Assembly (NCBI GenBank): GCA_035387945.1
Contig: DAOOOX010000023.1
Coordinates: 6,153-70,152 of the forward strand
Direction of reading: 5' to 3'
DNA: 64,000 nucleotides
Source: Verrucomicrobiia bacterium
Lineage (GTDB): Bacteria > Verrucomicrobiota > Verrucomicrobiia > JADLBR01
The notes beneath the pieces were generated by a model that did no database searches, was not told where the DNA came from, and saw nothing but the letters and a program-made list of their open reading frames with translations. Positions 37,106 through 48,778 of this stretch are shown here, piece by piece (position 1 is the stretch's first letter; each line of letters begins with the position of its first letter). The translations under genes and the position numbers were made by a program.

Positions 37106-38035
37106 CTACCCCCGCGTCGGACGCCAGCGCGGATATTTTTTTCTCAGCAAGCTCGCGAATCGCTCAAAAACGCCCTCGGTCGCGGCCGCGTAAGGGGGCA
37201 GCAGGCGCAGCGGAAACGCGGGGTCGTTCACCCGGCAGAACATCTTGTCGAAGGCGCCGTCCATGTGCACATCCGGGCCAACGAGCTTCTTCAATTCGGC
37301 GACGAGCTCGCCAGCCTCGCGGCTCGTTTCGGCAAGGGCGGCCTCATCGCGGCGACAGCCGGCCTCGAAATAGGCCCGGGCCAGGGCGAGGTTGGTATTT
37401 GCCACGGAGATCAGCAGACCGCATTCGCCCAGCACCGACGCATCGGCGAACCCGACCTCCGTGACAAAGTGCCGAAGCTGGGGCGCTTCCGACAACAGCC
37501 CGCTCAGCCGTTGCACATCCGTCGTGCTGTTCTTGGTCGCGATAAGGTTCGGGTGCCGGTCCGCCAGCCAGCGGTATTCGGCGGGCGCGATGAGGCGCTG
37601 CGCCCGCGGGAGGTTGTAGTGGAGGAACTCGCAGTCTGGAAACCGGCCGCACGTCTCATCGAAGAAAACATCCAGCTCGGAATCCCGCAGCGCGCCCCAG
37701 CTCGGCAGTGACAGCTGAAAGACCCGCGCACCCATCCCCCTCGCGCGCTCGATCCGCTCGATGATGGTCCCAAGCGAAAGGCTAATGACGCCAACCATCC
37801 CCTTTACGTCACGCGTGCGGGTCTCCTCCAGAAAGACGCGCGTGATCTCGTCGAACTGCCGGTCGCTCACCGCGTAGCCCTCGCCGGCCGTGCCAAAAAT
37901 GTAGAGGTCCTGGATGCCCTCCGAAATCAGACGGCGCACCTGGCGCCGGAAGATTTCCTCGGCAAAGGTGTAGTCCTCGTTCCACGGCACGCAGCAAGTG
38001 GCTAGGATGCATTGGCGGTAGCGCTTCATGCTCAT
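37106..38035 (-). CDS. DapA/DHDPS-family class I aldolase, second copy.
   Basis: YIFGTAGEGYAVSDRQFDEITRVF... is collinear with the DHDPS family. Start taken at MSMKRYRQCILATCCVPW (38035). Confidence 0.75.
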   Translation of the reverse strand: MSMKRYRQCILATCCVPWNEDYTFAEEIFRRQVRRLISEGIQDLYIFGTAGEGYAVSDRQFDEITRVFLEETRTRDVKGMVGVISLSLGTIIERIERARGMGARVFQLSLPSWGALRDSELDVFFDETCGRFPDCEFLHYNLPRAQRLIAPAEYRWLADRHPNLIATKNSTTDVQRLSGLLSEAPQLRHFVTEVGFADASVLGECGLLISVANTNLALARAYFEAGCRRDEAALAETSREAGELVAELKKLVGPDVHMDGAFDKMFCRVNDPAFPLRLLPPYAAATEGVFERFASLLRKKYPRWRPTRG

Positions 38036-38240
38036 GCGGGGGGCGATGGATCGGCAAACGCCCGAACACTCGCGCCCTCTTCCGTCGGATTCGCCGTCCA
38101 AACCCTCTATCTACCCTTGCCACACGGGAATGCCGAGTACAAGCAGGAGGTTAGGGTTCGCAGAGCGATCTACGTTCCCCTCGATCCCTCACGGCGATGA
38201 TTTTCTCGTTGCCCTGCGCCCATCGCATCAACACGCTCTG

Positions 38241-41200
38241 ATGCGGCCGATGAAAACTTCGACCCAGCGGAAATTCGGTTGGGTGATCGCCCTGACCCTC
38301 CTCACGGCCGCGCCCCATGTCGGCGCCGCTTCAGATTGGCCAACGTATCGCGCCGATGGCTCTCGCAGCGGATACACGGCAGATGCCCTGCCGGCCGATC
38401 TTTCGCCGCGCTGGACCTACAGGCCCCGCCACGCGCCGCAGCCGGCATGGCCCGGGCGAGATACGCGCATGCCGTTTGACCGCGCATTCCATGCGGTGAT
38501 CGCGGGCGACACGCTGCTGTTCGGGAGTTCTGCCGACGGCAAGGTGATGGCTCTAAACGCCGCGACGGGCGAAGAGCTCTGGTCCTTCCTGGCCGCCGGC
38601 CCCGTCAGGTTCGCGCCCGCCATTTATCGCGATCGCGCTTTCGTCGTCAGCGATGACGGCTTCCTCTACTGCCTTGCGACGCGAGACGGAAAAATGCTTT
38701 GGAGAATCCGCGGGGGCGACGGCGCCAGCATGGTGCTGGGCAACGGGCGACTGATTTCGCGCTGGCCGGCCCGCGGCGGCCCGGTCATAGCGGACGGCAT
38801 CGTCTACTGGGCCGCCGGAATCTGGCCGAGCGAGGGCGTTTTCATCCATGCCGTTGACGCGGCAGACGGGCGGGTGATCTGGCGCAACACCACCGCGGCG
38901 GGCATGCTGATGCCCCAGCCGCATCCGGGCGCCGTGGCCCAGAGCGGCGTATCGGCACAGGGCGACCTGGTTGTCGTCGGCGATCGCCTGCTGGTGCCAA
39001 CGGGGCGGGGAGTGCCAGCGGCCTTTAGCCGCGCCGATGGGAAGTTCCTATTCTTCCACCTTCAGACGTTCGGGAAGGTCGGGGGTTCCGGGATCGTGGC
39101 CACCGACTCGCAGTTCTTCAATGGCGCATGCGCGTTCGATCTCGCGACCGGCAAACAGGCCTGCCTCACGGGTTCCAACGCGATGGTCATGGCGGTCGCG
39201 CCCGACTCGCTGCTCCTTGCCACGACGAATGAGATCGCCGCCATCGACCGCGCAAACCCATGGCGCGAGCGAAAGGTCGCGGACCCCAAGACGAAAAAGA
39301 TGATCGGCCAAAGGGTCCTCAACACACCAATCTGGCGCATGGCGAACCCAATCAGCCCGCCATCCTGCCTGATCGTCGCGGGCGACAAGGCCGTCGTGGG
39401 TGGCGGGGGCGGGATAGCCGTCGCCGATATCCCCTCGCGCCAGATCCTTCTCACAAAGAAGACCGACGGCGAAGCGGTCGGGCTGGCGGCGTCAAACGGG
39501 CGCCTCTTCGTCAGCACCGCAACCGGCGCAATCCAGTGCTTTGATGGCAGCCACGCGGCCGCGCCCAAGAACATCTCACCGCCGCCCGCAACACCCGCCA
39601 CCCCCGCCGCGGCAGACGCAGCTGCCGACGAGATCATCCAAAAAACAGGGATCACCGAGGGTTACTGTCTTGACGCCGCATGCGGCGATGGCTCCCTGGC
39701 GATCGCGCTCGCAAAGAAGACGAGGCTCCACATCTGCGCGATGAACCCCGATCCCGGGGAGGTCGCCGCCATTCAAAGAAGGCTCGATGCCGCCGGCCTG
39801 CTCGGGACCCGGATCACGACCCACTTGGCCGTGCCGCCCTGCCAGAATCTGCCCAGCTATTTTGCGAACCTCGTCGTCGCGGGCCGCTCGGTCGACGGGG
39901 CTGCCGACGTCGTCTCCTCGGAACTCATCAACCGGGTGCTGCGGCCGTTTGGCGGCAAGTCGTGCATCGGAAAGCCGGGCCTGATGCAAACTGCGACGCG
40001 CGGGGATCTGGCGGGCGCCGGGGCCTGGACCCACCAGTACTGCGATGCGGCAAACACGTGTTGCTCGAGTGATTCGCTCCTGCGGGGGCCGCTTGGCATC
40101 TGCTGGTTCAACGACCTCGAGTTCACCATGCCGAGCCGTCATGGGCGCGGTCCCGCCCCGCTCTTTTACAGGGGCCTGCTGTTCATCGAGGGCCTGAATG
40201 CGCTGCGATGCGTCGACGCGTACAACGGCAGGCCCCTGTGGGAGTATCCGCTGCCCGAGATCTTGCAGCCTTATGATGGCGAGCACCTGATGGGGGTCTC
40301 TGGCACCGGCAGCAACATCTGCGTCGGGGAACGCGGCCTGTTTATCCGGACGGAAAAACAGTGCCTCCGGCTCGACCCTGAAACCGGAAAGCTCCTCGGC
40401 AGGCTATCGGCGCCGCCCCACCCGGATGGGCGACCCGGCGAGTGGGGCATGATCGCGTGCGCGGGCGACACGATCATAGGCAGCCTTGCAGACACGGGCC
40501 ACGTCGTGACGTATCGCTACCGCCCCGGCGACATGCAAGAGCAGTGGACCGAGTCCAGCCTCTTGTTCGCCATCGACGCGGTAACGGGCGAGGTGAAATG
40601 GACCTGGCGGCCACAAAACTCGATCCGGCACAATGCGATCGCCATCGGCGGCGGGCGCGCGTACGTCATCGATCGGCCGATCGCCCTCGCCGACCGCACG
40701 AAGGAAAAGAAACGGTCCGTGCCAGATCCCGGTTTCGTCCACCCCGATGGGCGGCTGATTGCCCTCGACCTCGCAACGGGGCGTGTCGCGTGGGAATCCA
40801 CAGAGGAGATATTCGGGACGCTGCTGGCCCTGAGCGAGGAATACAAGACGCTCCTGATGTGTTTCCAGGATTCCAAATTCAAGCTGGTGTCCGAAATCGG
40901 CGGCCGGATGGCCGCATTCGATATCGCCACCGGCCAACGTCGCTGGGACATCAAGGCATCCTACAGCACGCGGCCCGTGCTTCACGGCCGGACGGTCCTA
41001 TTCCAATCACGCGGTTGGGACATCGTGACCGGCCAGGCCCAGGGCCTTGCCTTTCCAAGATCCTACGGCTGCGGGATACCGAGCGCCTCGCGCCACCTCA
41101 TGGCGTTTCGTTCGGCCACCCTCGGTTACGTGGACCTGGAGCAACCCCAGAATACCCGGAGCTTTGGCGGCATTCGCCCAGGTTGCTGGATCAACGCGGT

Positions 41201-41300
41201 CCCTGCCGGAGGACTCCTGCTCATGCCCGACGCCACCGATCGCTGCACGTGCAGCTACCTGATAAAGACATCCATCGCCCTGCAGCCGATGTCCGAATGA
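38241..41300 (+). CDS. Secreted PQQ-like beta-propeller repeat protein with an internal class-I SAM-methyltransferase-like segment.
   Basis: Signal peptide MRPMKTSTQRKFGWVIALTLLTAAPHVGAASDW. PQQ-type repeats (DGKVMALNAATGEELWSF, DGFLYCLATRDGKMLWR, DGRVIWRN, TGEVKWTW, TGRVAWES). Between the propeller halves sits ITEGYCLDAACGDGSLAIALAKK...ICAMNPDP, which matches SAM-MTase motif I (vLDxGcGxG) and post-I. Confidence 0.7.
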   Translation: MRPMKTSTQRKFGWVIALTLLTAAPHVGAASDWPTYRADGSRSGYTADALPADLSPRWTYRPRHAPQPAWPGRDTRMPFDRAFHAVIAGDTLLFGSSADGKVMALNAATGEELWSFLAAGPVRFAPAIYRDRAFVVSDDGFLYCLATRDGKMLWRIRGGDGASMVLGNGRLISRWPARGGPVIADGIVYWAAGIWPSEGVFIHAVDAADGRVIWRNTTAAGMLMPQPHPGAVAQSGVSAQGDLVVVGDRLLVPTGRGVPAAFSRADGKFLFFHLQTFGKVGGSGIVATDSQFFNGACAFDLATGKQACLTGSNAMVMAVAPDSLLLATTNEIAAIDRANPWRERKVADPKTKKMIGQRVLNTPIWRMANPISPPSCLIVAGDKAVVGGGGGIAVADIPSRQILLTKKTDGEAVGLAASNGRLFVSTATGAIQCFDGSHAAAPKNISPPPATPATPAAADAAADEIIQKTGITEGYCLDAACGDGSLAIALAKKTRLHICAMNPDPGEVAAIQRRLDAAGLLGTRITTHLAVPPCQNLPSYFANLVVAGRSVDGAADVVSSELINRVLRPFGGKSCIGKPGLMQTATRGDLAGAGAWTHQYCDAANTCCSSDSLLRGPLGICWFNDLEFTMPSRHGRGPAPLFYRGLLFIEGLNALRCVDAYNGRPLWEYPLPEILQPYDGEHLMGVSGTGSNICVGERGLFIRTEKQCLRLDPETGKLLGRLSAPPHPDGRPGEWGMIACAGDTIIGSLADTGHVVTYRYRPGDMQEQWTESSLLFAIDAVTGEVKWTWRPQNSIRHNAIAIGGGRAYVIDRPIALADRTKEKKRSVPDPGFVHPDGRLIALDLATGRVAWESTEEIFGTLLALSEEYKTLLMCFQDSKFKLVSEIGGRMAAFDIATGQRRWDIKASYSTRPVLHGRTVLFQSRGWDIVTGQAQGLAFPRSYGCGIPSASRHLMAFRSATLGYVDLEQPQNTRSFGGIRPGCWINAVPAGGLLLMPDATDRCTCSYLIKTSIALQPMSE

Positions 41301-41354
41301 CGCGGATCCCGGGGACCGCCCACGCCCCGTGCGCGCCATGTCCTCTGCGGTGAG

Positions 41355-42716
41355 ATGCCCCGCAGCATTGGATTCCTCAGCCTGCATTCGGCGCCTACGC
41401 TTGACACCCTCGCGGCGCCGGAGGATAAGCTCGCCGACATCAGACGCGAGCGGACAACGGATTCCTGCCGCGCCCGCCACGGGACGGAGCCGTCAATCGC
41501 GCATCCCACCACGCGGCGCAGATTCCTCACGGCGGCGGTGCTGGCCGGCGGCAACCTGCTGGTGCGTGGCACCGATCCCTCTGCGGCCGGTCGGCGAATC
41601 CCCTCCGAGCGGCAGTTGTTGCGCGACGAGAAGACCGGCGCGGACGTCTGGCAGATCACCGCCGCGACGGCGATGCATCACCATTTCTATTTCACGAATC
41701 CCTCGTGGCCAGATGACGGGCGCGAGCTGTACTTCATCAGCTACCGCACCGGCCACCCCAACATTTTTGCCGCCGCAGAGACCGACGGCACCATCACCCA
41801 ACTGACGGCCCGGACCGACACCAATCCATTCTCGCCCGCCGCCACGCGCGACGGCCGCAAGATCTACTTCTCCGCAAGAGACTGCGTAGTCGAGCTGGAT
41901 CGCGAGACGCTTCGCGAGCGCGTGGTGGCGAAATTTGATGGCGCGAGGCTCGGTAACTGCTCGCTCAACCCCGCCGGCTCGCGCCTGGCCCTAGGCGTCC
42001 GATTCAAGGGATCGTGCCGGCTCGCGCTCGTCGAGCCCGCGTCGGGCCAAGCGCACTTCCTAGTCGAAAAGGCCGAGGTCGGCCACGTGCAGTTCTGCCC
42101 GGCCGACGACAGCATCCTCGAATACTCCGGCACCCCCGGCGCGCGCATCTGGACAATCCGCTCCGACGGCACCGAGGACCGGAATCTCTACGCGCAAAGG
42201 CCCGGCGAGTGGATCGTCCATGAGAGTTGGCTTGGCGACGGGAGCGAGATCATCTTCACGCACTGGCCGCACGCACTGCGAGCCATCAGCCGGGACGGGT
42301 CGCGCGCGCGCACCATCGCGGCGTTCAATGCGTGGCACGCCTGTGGGGACCGCGCCGGCGACAGGATTGTGGCCGATACGAACCATCCCGACATCGGGCT
42401 ACAGCTGGTCGGTGCGCGCACCGGGCAGCGGCGCGCGCTATGCTGGCCGCGCGCCACCAACCGCGGCACGCAGTGGGCGCTCTCCGTCCCCGCCCAGGGA
42501 GCCGGCATCGATACCAGCATCATTCGCGGCGACCGGCCCGAACTGGATCGCCCGCCCCAACCCGACGACCCCTCATCCATCTACGGCCCGCAATGGAGCC
42601 ATCCCCACCCATCATTTTCGCCCGACGGCCGCCGCGTCGTCTTTACCAGCGACCGAGATGGCTGGAGCCAGGTCTATGTCGTGACAGATCGGCCTCTGGC
42701 GTCGGATGACGGATAA
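41355..42716 (+). CDS. TAT-exported TolB-like (PD40) beta-propeller protein, possibly of the oligogalacturonide-lyase family.
   Basis: TRRRFLTAAVLAGG twin-arginine motif. PD40-type repeats (SFSPDGRRVVFTSDRDGWSQVYVV, SPAATRDGRKIYFS). The start is uncertain; the n-region is long if the ATG at 41355 is used. Confidence 0.6.
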   Translation: MPRSIGFLSLHSAPTLDTLAAPEDKLADIRRERTTDSCRARHGTEPSIAHPTTRRRFLTAAVLAGGNLLVRGTDPSAAGRRIPSERQLLRDEKTGADVWQITAATAMHHHFYFTNPSWPDDGRELYFISYRTGHPNIFAAAETDGTITQLTARTDTNPFSPAATRDGRKIYFSARDCVVELDRETLRERVVAKFDGARLGNCSLNPAGSRLALGVRFKGSCRLALVEPASGQAHFLVEKAEVGHVQFCPADDSILEYSGTPGARIWTIRSDGTEDRNLYAQRPGEWIVHESWLGDGSEIIFTHWPHALRAISRDGSRARTIAAFNAWHACGDRAGDRIVADTNHPDIGLQLVGARTGQRRALCWPRATNRGTQWALSVPAQGAGIDTSIIRGDRPELDRPPQPDDPSSIYGPQWSHPHPSFSPDGRRVVFTSDRDGWSQVYVVTDRPLASDDG

Positions 42717-42817
42717 TGCGGCTGGCCGATGGGCGCATCCGTTTCTACAGCAAACCGATTCCCACCTCCGGTGGCGCCCGCAGCTTCGGACATCGCAGGC
42801 AGGCTCGGCAGACAGGA

Positions 42818-44575
42818 TCAAAAGGCCATCGAGAGCCTGACCGAAGCTATGTGTGAGTTGTAGTTCTCACGGAAAAACTGCCCCTCGTAGTCGAGAAGCA
42901 GCCTGACTGAGTCGGTGATGCCGACCATCACGCCGGCACCCACGCACATGTAGTCCTCCTGGAAACCTGCGGTGGGCGCCGAGGTGCGGAAACCGGGACC
43001 GGTGCTGACGCCGTTGCCGGTGTAGATCGTCACGGGCGAATGCTCCAGGGCGACGGTCACGTCTTCGCTGTCGTCGAGATTCTCCCGCTCCCAGCCGATG
43101 CGGACCTGCGGGACCACCGCCCCGAGGGGGGTGTTGAAGTGATAGGAGGCCTGCCAGCCCAGGCGGGTCACCAGGGATTCGTAGGTTTGCGCGTCCACCA
43201 CGAGGTTGGCCTCGCCGCCTTCCGTCTCCGTGTAGCCCTCCAGTTCGCCGTTGAGGTACTCGACGGCCACGAAAGGTCCGGTCACCAGCCTGTCGAAGAC
43301 GAAGTTGTAGCCCATGTTGAACTCGACACTGTGGTTGTAGCTCTCCGGATCCCCGTACGCCGTTCCCTCATAGCCCGTCTCGCGCCGGATGTCGTGATCG
43401 AAGAGAGCGAAGTTGTAGAGGAGATCGGCATAGAAGCTGCCCTGGACGAACGACACGTAGGGCGAGATCGTGTGACCGCACAGATCCGCGTCGCCCACCC
43501 CGCCGCTGATGTGGGTCTGGTTCTCCAGGTAGGCCGAGCCCAGACCAAAGACGAGATGGTCGGTGGCGCGGAACTCGATGCCGACGGTGGCCCCGAAGGT
43601 GTCGGAATCAAATCCCTCCAGATCGCCCTGCTGGTCGGTCTCGATGTTGCGAAAATCACCGGCGGCGAAAACGCTCCAGCGGTCCGAATTCAGCGGCGCG
43701 GTATCGGGCTGCACGACGGCCTTATTGTCGACCACCACCTTGCTGTCCTGCACCGCCTTGGGGTCAAAGTCCCTGGTCCCCGCCATGTTCTGGGCTGCCG
43801 CAGCGATGTTCCATGTGAGCCCCACCGGTTCCCGGCCGGCGTTGGCGCGCAGCCGATAGAGCCGTCCGTTCAGGTCGCGGGTCGCCGTCTTGGCCATGCC
43901 CACGGCCAGCTCCCGCTGCGCCATCGCCATCGGTAGCCCGCGTGTTATCGCCGAATCGATCGCCCGGAGGTCGACCAGGATCGCTACAAAATCCAGAAAT
44001 ACCGGGGTGGCCGATCCCAGGGTGATGTTGTCAAAACCAATCTGGTTCACGGTGCCACCGAAATCGACCGACTGCGCGATCCCGTTGAACTGGACGCCGA
44101 GCGCAAACAGGGGACTGAAGTTCCCAGTCGGATCGCCGCCATCGGATGCGGTGATGGGCAACAGCAGGCTCGTGAGGAGAGTGCCCGTTCCGTTCGGGCC
44201 GGAATAGACGTTGACGTAGCCGGGGTTATTGACAGCGCTGTAATAGAACGAGAATCCGGTGTCGAAGCCAGCCGGCACGTTCATGATCGCCGTCCCCGTC
44301 AGGAAGAACGCGATGGTGCTCGGCGAGGGCTCGCCACCAAAGTTTCCAGTCCCGCCCGCATCGCTATCAATGATCGCAAGAGCGTCCGAACTGAAACTGA
44401 TATTGTAGTCCGGTCCAGGACCCGAGCCGCTGCCGCCAAACCCGCCGTTGTAGTACTCTCCGATGGACTCCAAGTCCTTTAGTCCTTCAAATGTCAGTAC
44501 CGTGACCTGGCCACTGGCGGCATTGCTCAGCGCCACCACACCCGCCACCCACGACAAAACTCTGATCTTGCTCAT
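42818..44575 (-). CDS. Autotransporter-like outer-membrane protein: signal peptide, Gly-rich passenger, C-terminal beta-barrel.
   Basis: Signal MSKIRVLSWVAGVVALSNAASG. The passenger carries GGFGGSGSGPG and GNFGG runs. The C-terminal ~280 aa have alternating hydrophobic beta-strand periodicity and end in ...SVRLSMAF (terminal aromatic residue typical of OM beta-barrels). Confidence 0.7.
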   Translation of the reverse strand: MSKIRVLSWVAGVVALSNAASGQVTVLTFEGLKDLESIGEYYNGGFGGSGSGPGPDYNISFSSDALAIIDSDAGGTGNFGGEPSPSTIAFFLTGTAIMNVPAGFDTGFSFYYSAVNNPGYVNVYSGPNGTGTLLTSLLLPITASDGGDPTGNFSPLFALGVQFNGIAQSVDFGGTVNQIGFDNITLGSATPVFLDFVAILVDLRAIDSAITRGLPMAMAQRELAVGMAKTATRDLNGRLYRLRANAGREPVGLTWNIAAAAQNMAGTRDFDPKAVQDSKVVVDNKAVVQPDTAPLNSDRWSVFAAGDFRNIETDQQGDLEGFDSDTFGATVGIEFRATDHLVFGLGSAYLENQTHISGGVGDADLCGHTISPYVSFVQGSFYADLLYNFALFDHDIRRETGYEGTAYGDPESYNHSVEFNMGYNFVFDRLVTGPFVAVEYLNGELEGYTETEGGEANLVVDAQTYESLVTRLGWQASYHFNTPLGAVVPQVRIGWERENLDDSEDVTVALEHSPVTIYTGNGVSTGPGFRTSAPTAGFQEDYMCVGAGVMVGITDSVRLLLDYEGQFFRENYNSHIASVRLSMAF

Positions 44576-45014
44576 ATGCCACGAATCCAAATCGACTATT
44601 TCGATTTCTTACGCGAATCAAATCGGGTCTATGTAGATAATAGGAACTACCGTCAACAAAAAAAGTCCGTTTTTGGGGCACCCATCGAATTCCGTCGCCT
44701 GTCTTGAGACAGTCTCGGTCGTGTATTCAGCATTCATCCGGCTAATCGGACGACGCTCGCACGCAAGGCTGCTCAGGTGCGGCGTTTTACACGAACCGTC
44801 TGCAAACATCAGGCCTGCCCCAGACACCGAAATCGCCGCACTTGGGGTCGGACCACTGGAGTTCACGTATTCCCAACGGTTTGCGATCTGGGCACATCGG
44901 CACCCTCTGCGGCTAACCCCTCCGGCCACGTGCCCTTTCGAACCAGGACACCATACAAATCAAAGCCACTGCCACCCGGTCCACCGGAGCCCCAGGCCAT
45001 CCCGTTTAGAACGC

Positions 45015-45950
45015 CTAGTATTTCTTCACGATATAGGCGAGCCAGTCCTTCTCAAATTGCGCGGCATCCACACCGAAGATGTTTCGGATGACATCATCGA
45101 GGGAGGTGCCCGACTTCAGGGAGTCCACGAAACGAACAAAATTCTCCTGGTTCTTAGACATCATGAAGTCCACCAGACTAAAACACAGTCTGCGCCCATC
45201 CATATCGGTGTGAGGCCAACTCGCCGTGTCTCGAATGGCCTGAAAAGTTCGCTGTCCGCCCTGGCTGATGATGGTTTTGACACGTCGCCGCGCCCGCTCC
45301 GCGTCCTGGTGCTCTCGCGCCAGGACATCACAAGTGTACATCACAAACCCCATTTCGACCCAGGCGGGGAGACGCGTGTCTTTCGCGTACCCGCTCAAAA
45401 GCAGGCCCGATAGATAGAAGTACAAATCGCCGGATTCGTCCGACTCTCGACCCGGCGTGGCGTTGGCAACGTATCCCCTGATCCCCGGAGCAAAGCGCGT
45501 GCCCTGAGATCCCGCCAACGCACCACTCGATCCGCGCATCTTGTACCAATAATCCGTGTACTCCTGCCTGTTCTTGAACAACAGGACAACGTATTTTCCC
45601 TTCCATGGCTTTGTTTCGGCGTCGATCGGAAACAGGCCACCGACCTTCTTGTCGAGTTTCTTGTACACCGCCTCGCCATCCTTCAACACGGCCCGTATTT
45701 CCGATGCCGGGGCGTCGCTGTGAACCATGAAGTGCTCGGATTCCTCGGTCACCAGCTTGACGCTGAGTTTTTGCACAATTTCATCCTTGAGCTTGCGGGC
45801 GGTCTCTATCGCTTGTGCGTCGGTGATCTGCGCCGAGTTCTCCTGCCCCAGCGCCCCCGCCCCACACAGTGTGAACATCGCCACCGCCGTCCCGACACGC
45901 ACACCCCCCCACGTCGCCTTCACTTTCCTTCCATGCAACGCTTGAGCCAT
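45015..45950 (-). CDS. Secreted hypothetical protein (311 aa), Lys-rich, lower GC than its surroundings.
   Basis: Signal peptide MAQALHGRKVKATWGGVRVGTAVAMFTLCGAGALG. No recognised catalytic motif. Confidence 0.5.
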   Translation of the reverse strand: MAQALHGRKVKATWGGVRVGTAVAMFTLCGAGALGQENSAQITDAQAIETARKLKDEIVQKLSVKLVTEESEHFMVHSDAPASEIRAVLKDGEAVYKKLDKKVGGLFPIDAETKPWKGKYVVLLFKNRQEYTDYWYKMRGSSGALAGSQGTRFAPGIRGYVANATPGRESDESGDLYFYLSGLLLSGYAKDTRLPAWVEMGFVMYTCDVLAREHQDAERARRRVKTIISQGGQRTFQAIRDTASWPHTDMDGRRLCFSLVDFMMSKNQENFVRFVDSLKSGTSLDDVIRNIFGVDAAQFEKDWLAYIVKKY

Positions 45951-46247
45951 GGCACGCACCTCCCTTATCGGGCCATCCACCCGAATATCTGGCGCATACG
46001 CTTTGGGCCCCCACCAGTCAAGCACCTTGACATGCCCAAGCGGCCAAGTGGACGCAAGTGCGTGGCGCAATGGCAGTGTGGAACCGCGGATGGCAGGGAT
46101 GACGCGGGGCGCATTCTCGTCGCTTTCCTGACATCCCCGGTGGCGACATCGCTCCGAAGACTGACCCTGACGCCCCAAGGCACGCCTGTTCGCACCCAGA
46201 ACTGAATGCCGAACGAAGGAAACGCGCGACTTGCCTCGCGTCCGGGA

Positions 46248-47252
46248 TCAGTCCTTCGACTCGCGCTGCGTTTCGACGCGATAGCTGGCGCCATCCGATT
46301 CGATGCGGACGTTTCCGTGAAGCCCGGTGACGTAGACCTTTGAACCGACGGCGGCATACACCCGCCGTGCGGTGCAGCCCTTGCCCCATCGGCCGAAGAT
46401 GCTGGCGACGGTGACCTCGGGTCGTGCCGCTTCCGCGAACTCGGGCGCGGAGTGCAGGCCGTGGCCGGGTGCGATGAGCGCATGGCATTTCAGTTTCTCC
46501 CGCGGCACGCTCGGCAGCAGGTGCTCTACCTGGTCCTGCAGCTCGATGTCGCCGCCGAGGAGGAAAACGATTCTGCCATGGGTGATGCGCAGGATGAGCG
46601 CGTTGGCGTTGAGCTGATAGTGGGCCGCCGGGTCATTCTTCGGGCGCTTTTCCGGGTGCAGCTCGGCAAAGAACTCTTTAGGCGGTGCGAGCACCTCGAC
46701 ATCAAGGCAATCATCCAGCGCAAGCTTGTCGCCGGCATGGACCGCCCGATACGCGCCCTCCCGCCGCTGAAATCCCTCGCGCAAATTCTCGTACATCCCC
46801 AGCTCGGACTGGTAATCGGGGGTGCTGCTGCCGCCGAACTTGTAGCCAGAATCGATCAACCTTCGGATCCCCACGTTGTCCACCAACCAGACGAGGCCGC
46901 CGAAGTGGTCGAGATGGGCGTGGCTGATGATCACGCCATCGAGTTCCTTGATGCCCCGTTCCTTCAGGAAAGGCGCGATGAGATCGCGGCCGGAATTGTG
47001 GTTGCCGGTCCAGCTGCCGTCCTTCTCCCGGTAGCCGGAGCCCGTATCGTAAAGCCACGTCTTCCCACCGGGCGTCTGGAGCACCAGCGCGAGACCCGCG
47101 CCGCGCCCGATGTCCGGAATCTCAAGGCAGGTGAGCGTGAACTTTCCCGCATCCGACCCGAGCGCCGTAGCGGCGACCGTCACGGCGAGCGCCGACGCGA
47201 TCGGTTTCAACAGGGCGGGAAACCGCCACCCATCGTCCCACTTGACATGCAT
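46248..47252 (-). CDS. Secreted MBL-fold metallo-hydrolase (metallo-beta-lactamase superfamily).
   Basis: HxHxDH motif ISHAHLDHFGG, with downstream His ligands (HGRI...GGD, PGHG). The start is at MHVKWDDGWRFPALLKPIASALAVTVAATALG. The ORF track's upstream 159 codons are Arg/Gly-rich junk. Confidence 0.75.
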   Translation of the reverse strand: MHVKWDDGWRFPALLKPIASALAVTVAATALGSDAGKFTLTCLEIPDIGRGAGLALVLQTPGGKTWLYDTGSGYREKDGSWTGNHNSGRDLIAPFLKERGIKELDGVIISHAHLDHFGGLVWLVDNVGIRRLIDSGYKFGGSSTPDYQSELGMYENLREGFQRREGAYRAVHAGDKLALDDCLDVEVLAPPKEFFAELHPEKRPKNDPAAHYQLNANALILRITHGRIVFLLGGDIELQDQVEHLLPSVPREKLKCHALIAPGHGLHSAPEFAEAARPEVTVASIFGRWGKGCTARRVYAAVGSKVYVTGLHGNVRIESDGASYRVETQRESKD

Positions 47253-47401
47253 GGACACTCCGTAACAAACGACCCACCGGAGGTCGAGTGAGAATGCCGA
47301 TCCCCCGGGCCGACGACGGCATCTGCCCATGCACCGTGGTGCACCATGCCGGGCGCGAGGCGCCCCGCAGCCAGACGCGCCGGCGTTTGGCCGCCAGAGT
47401 C

Positions 47402-48778
<1,377 letters not shown>

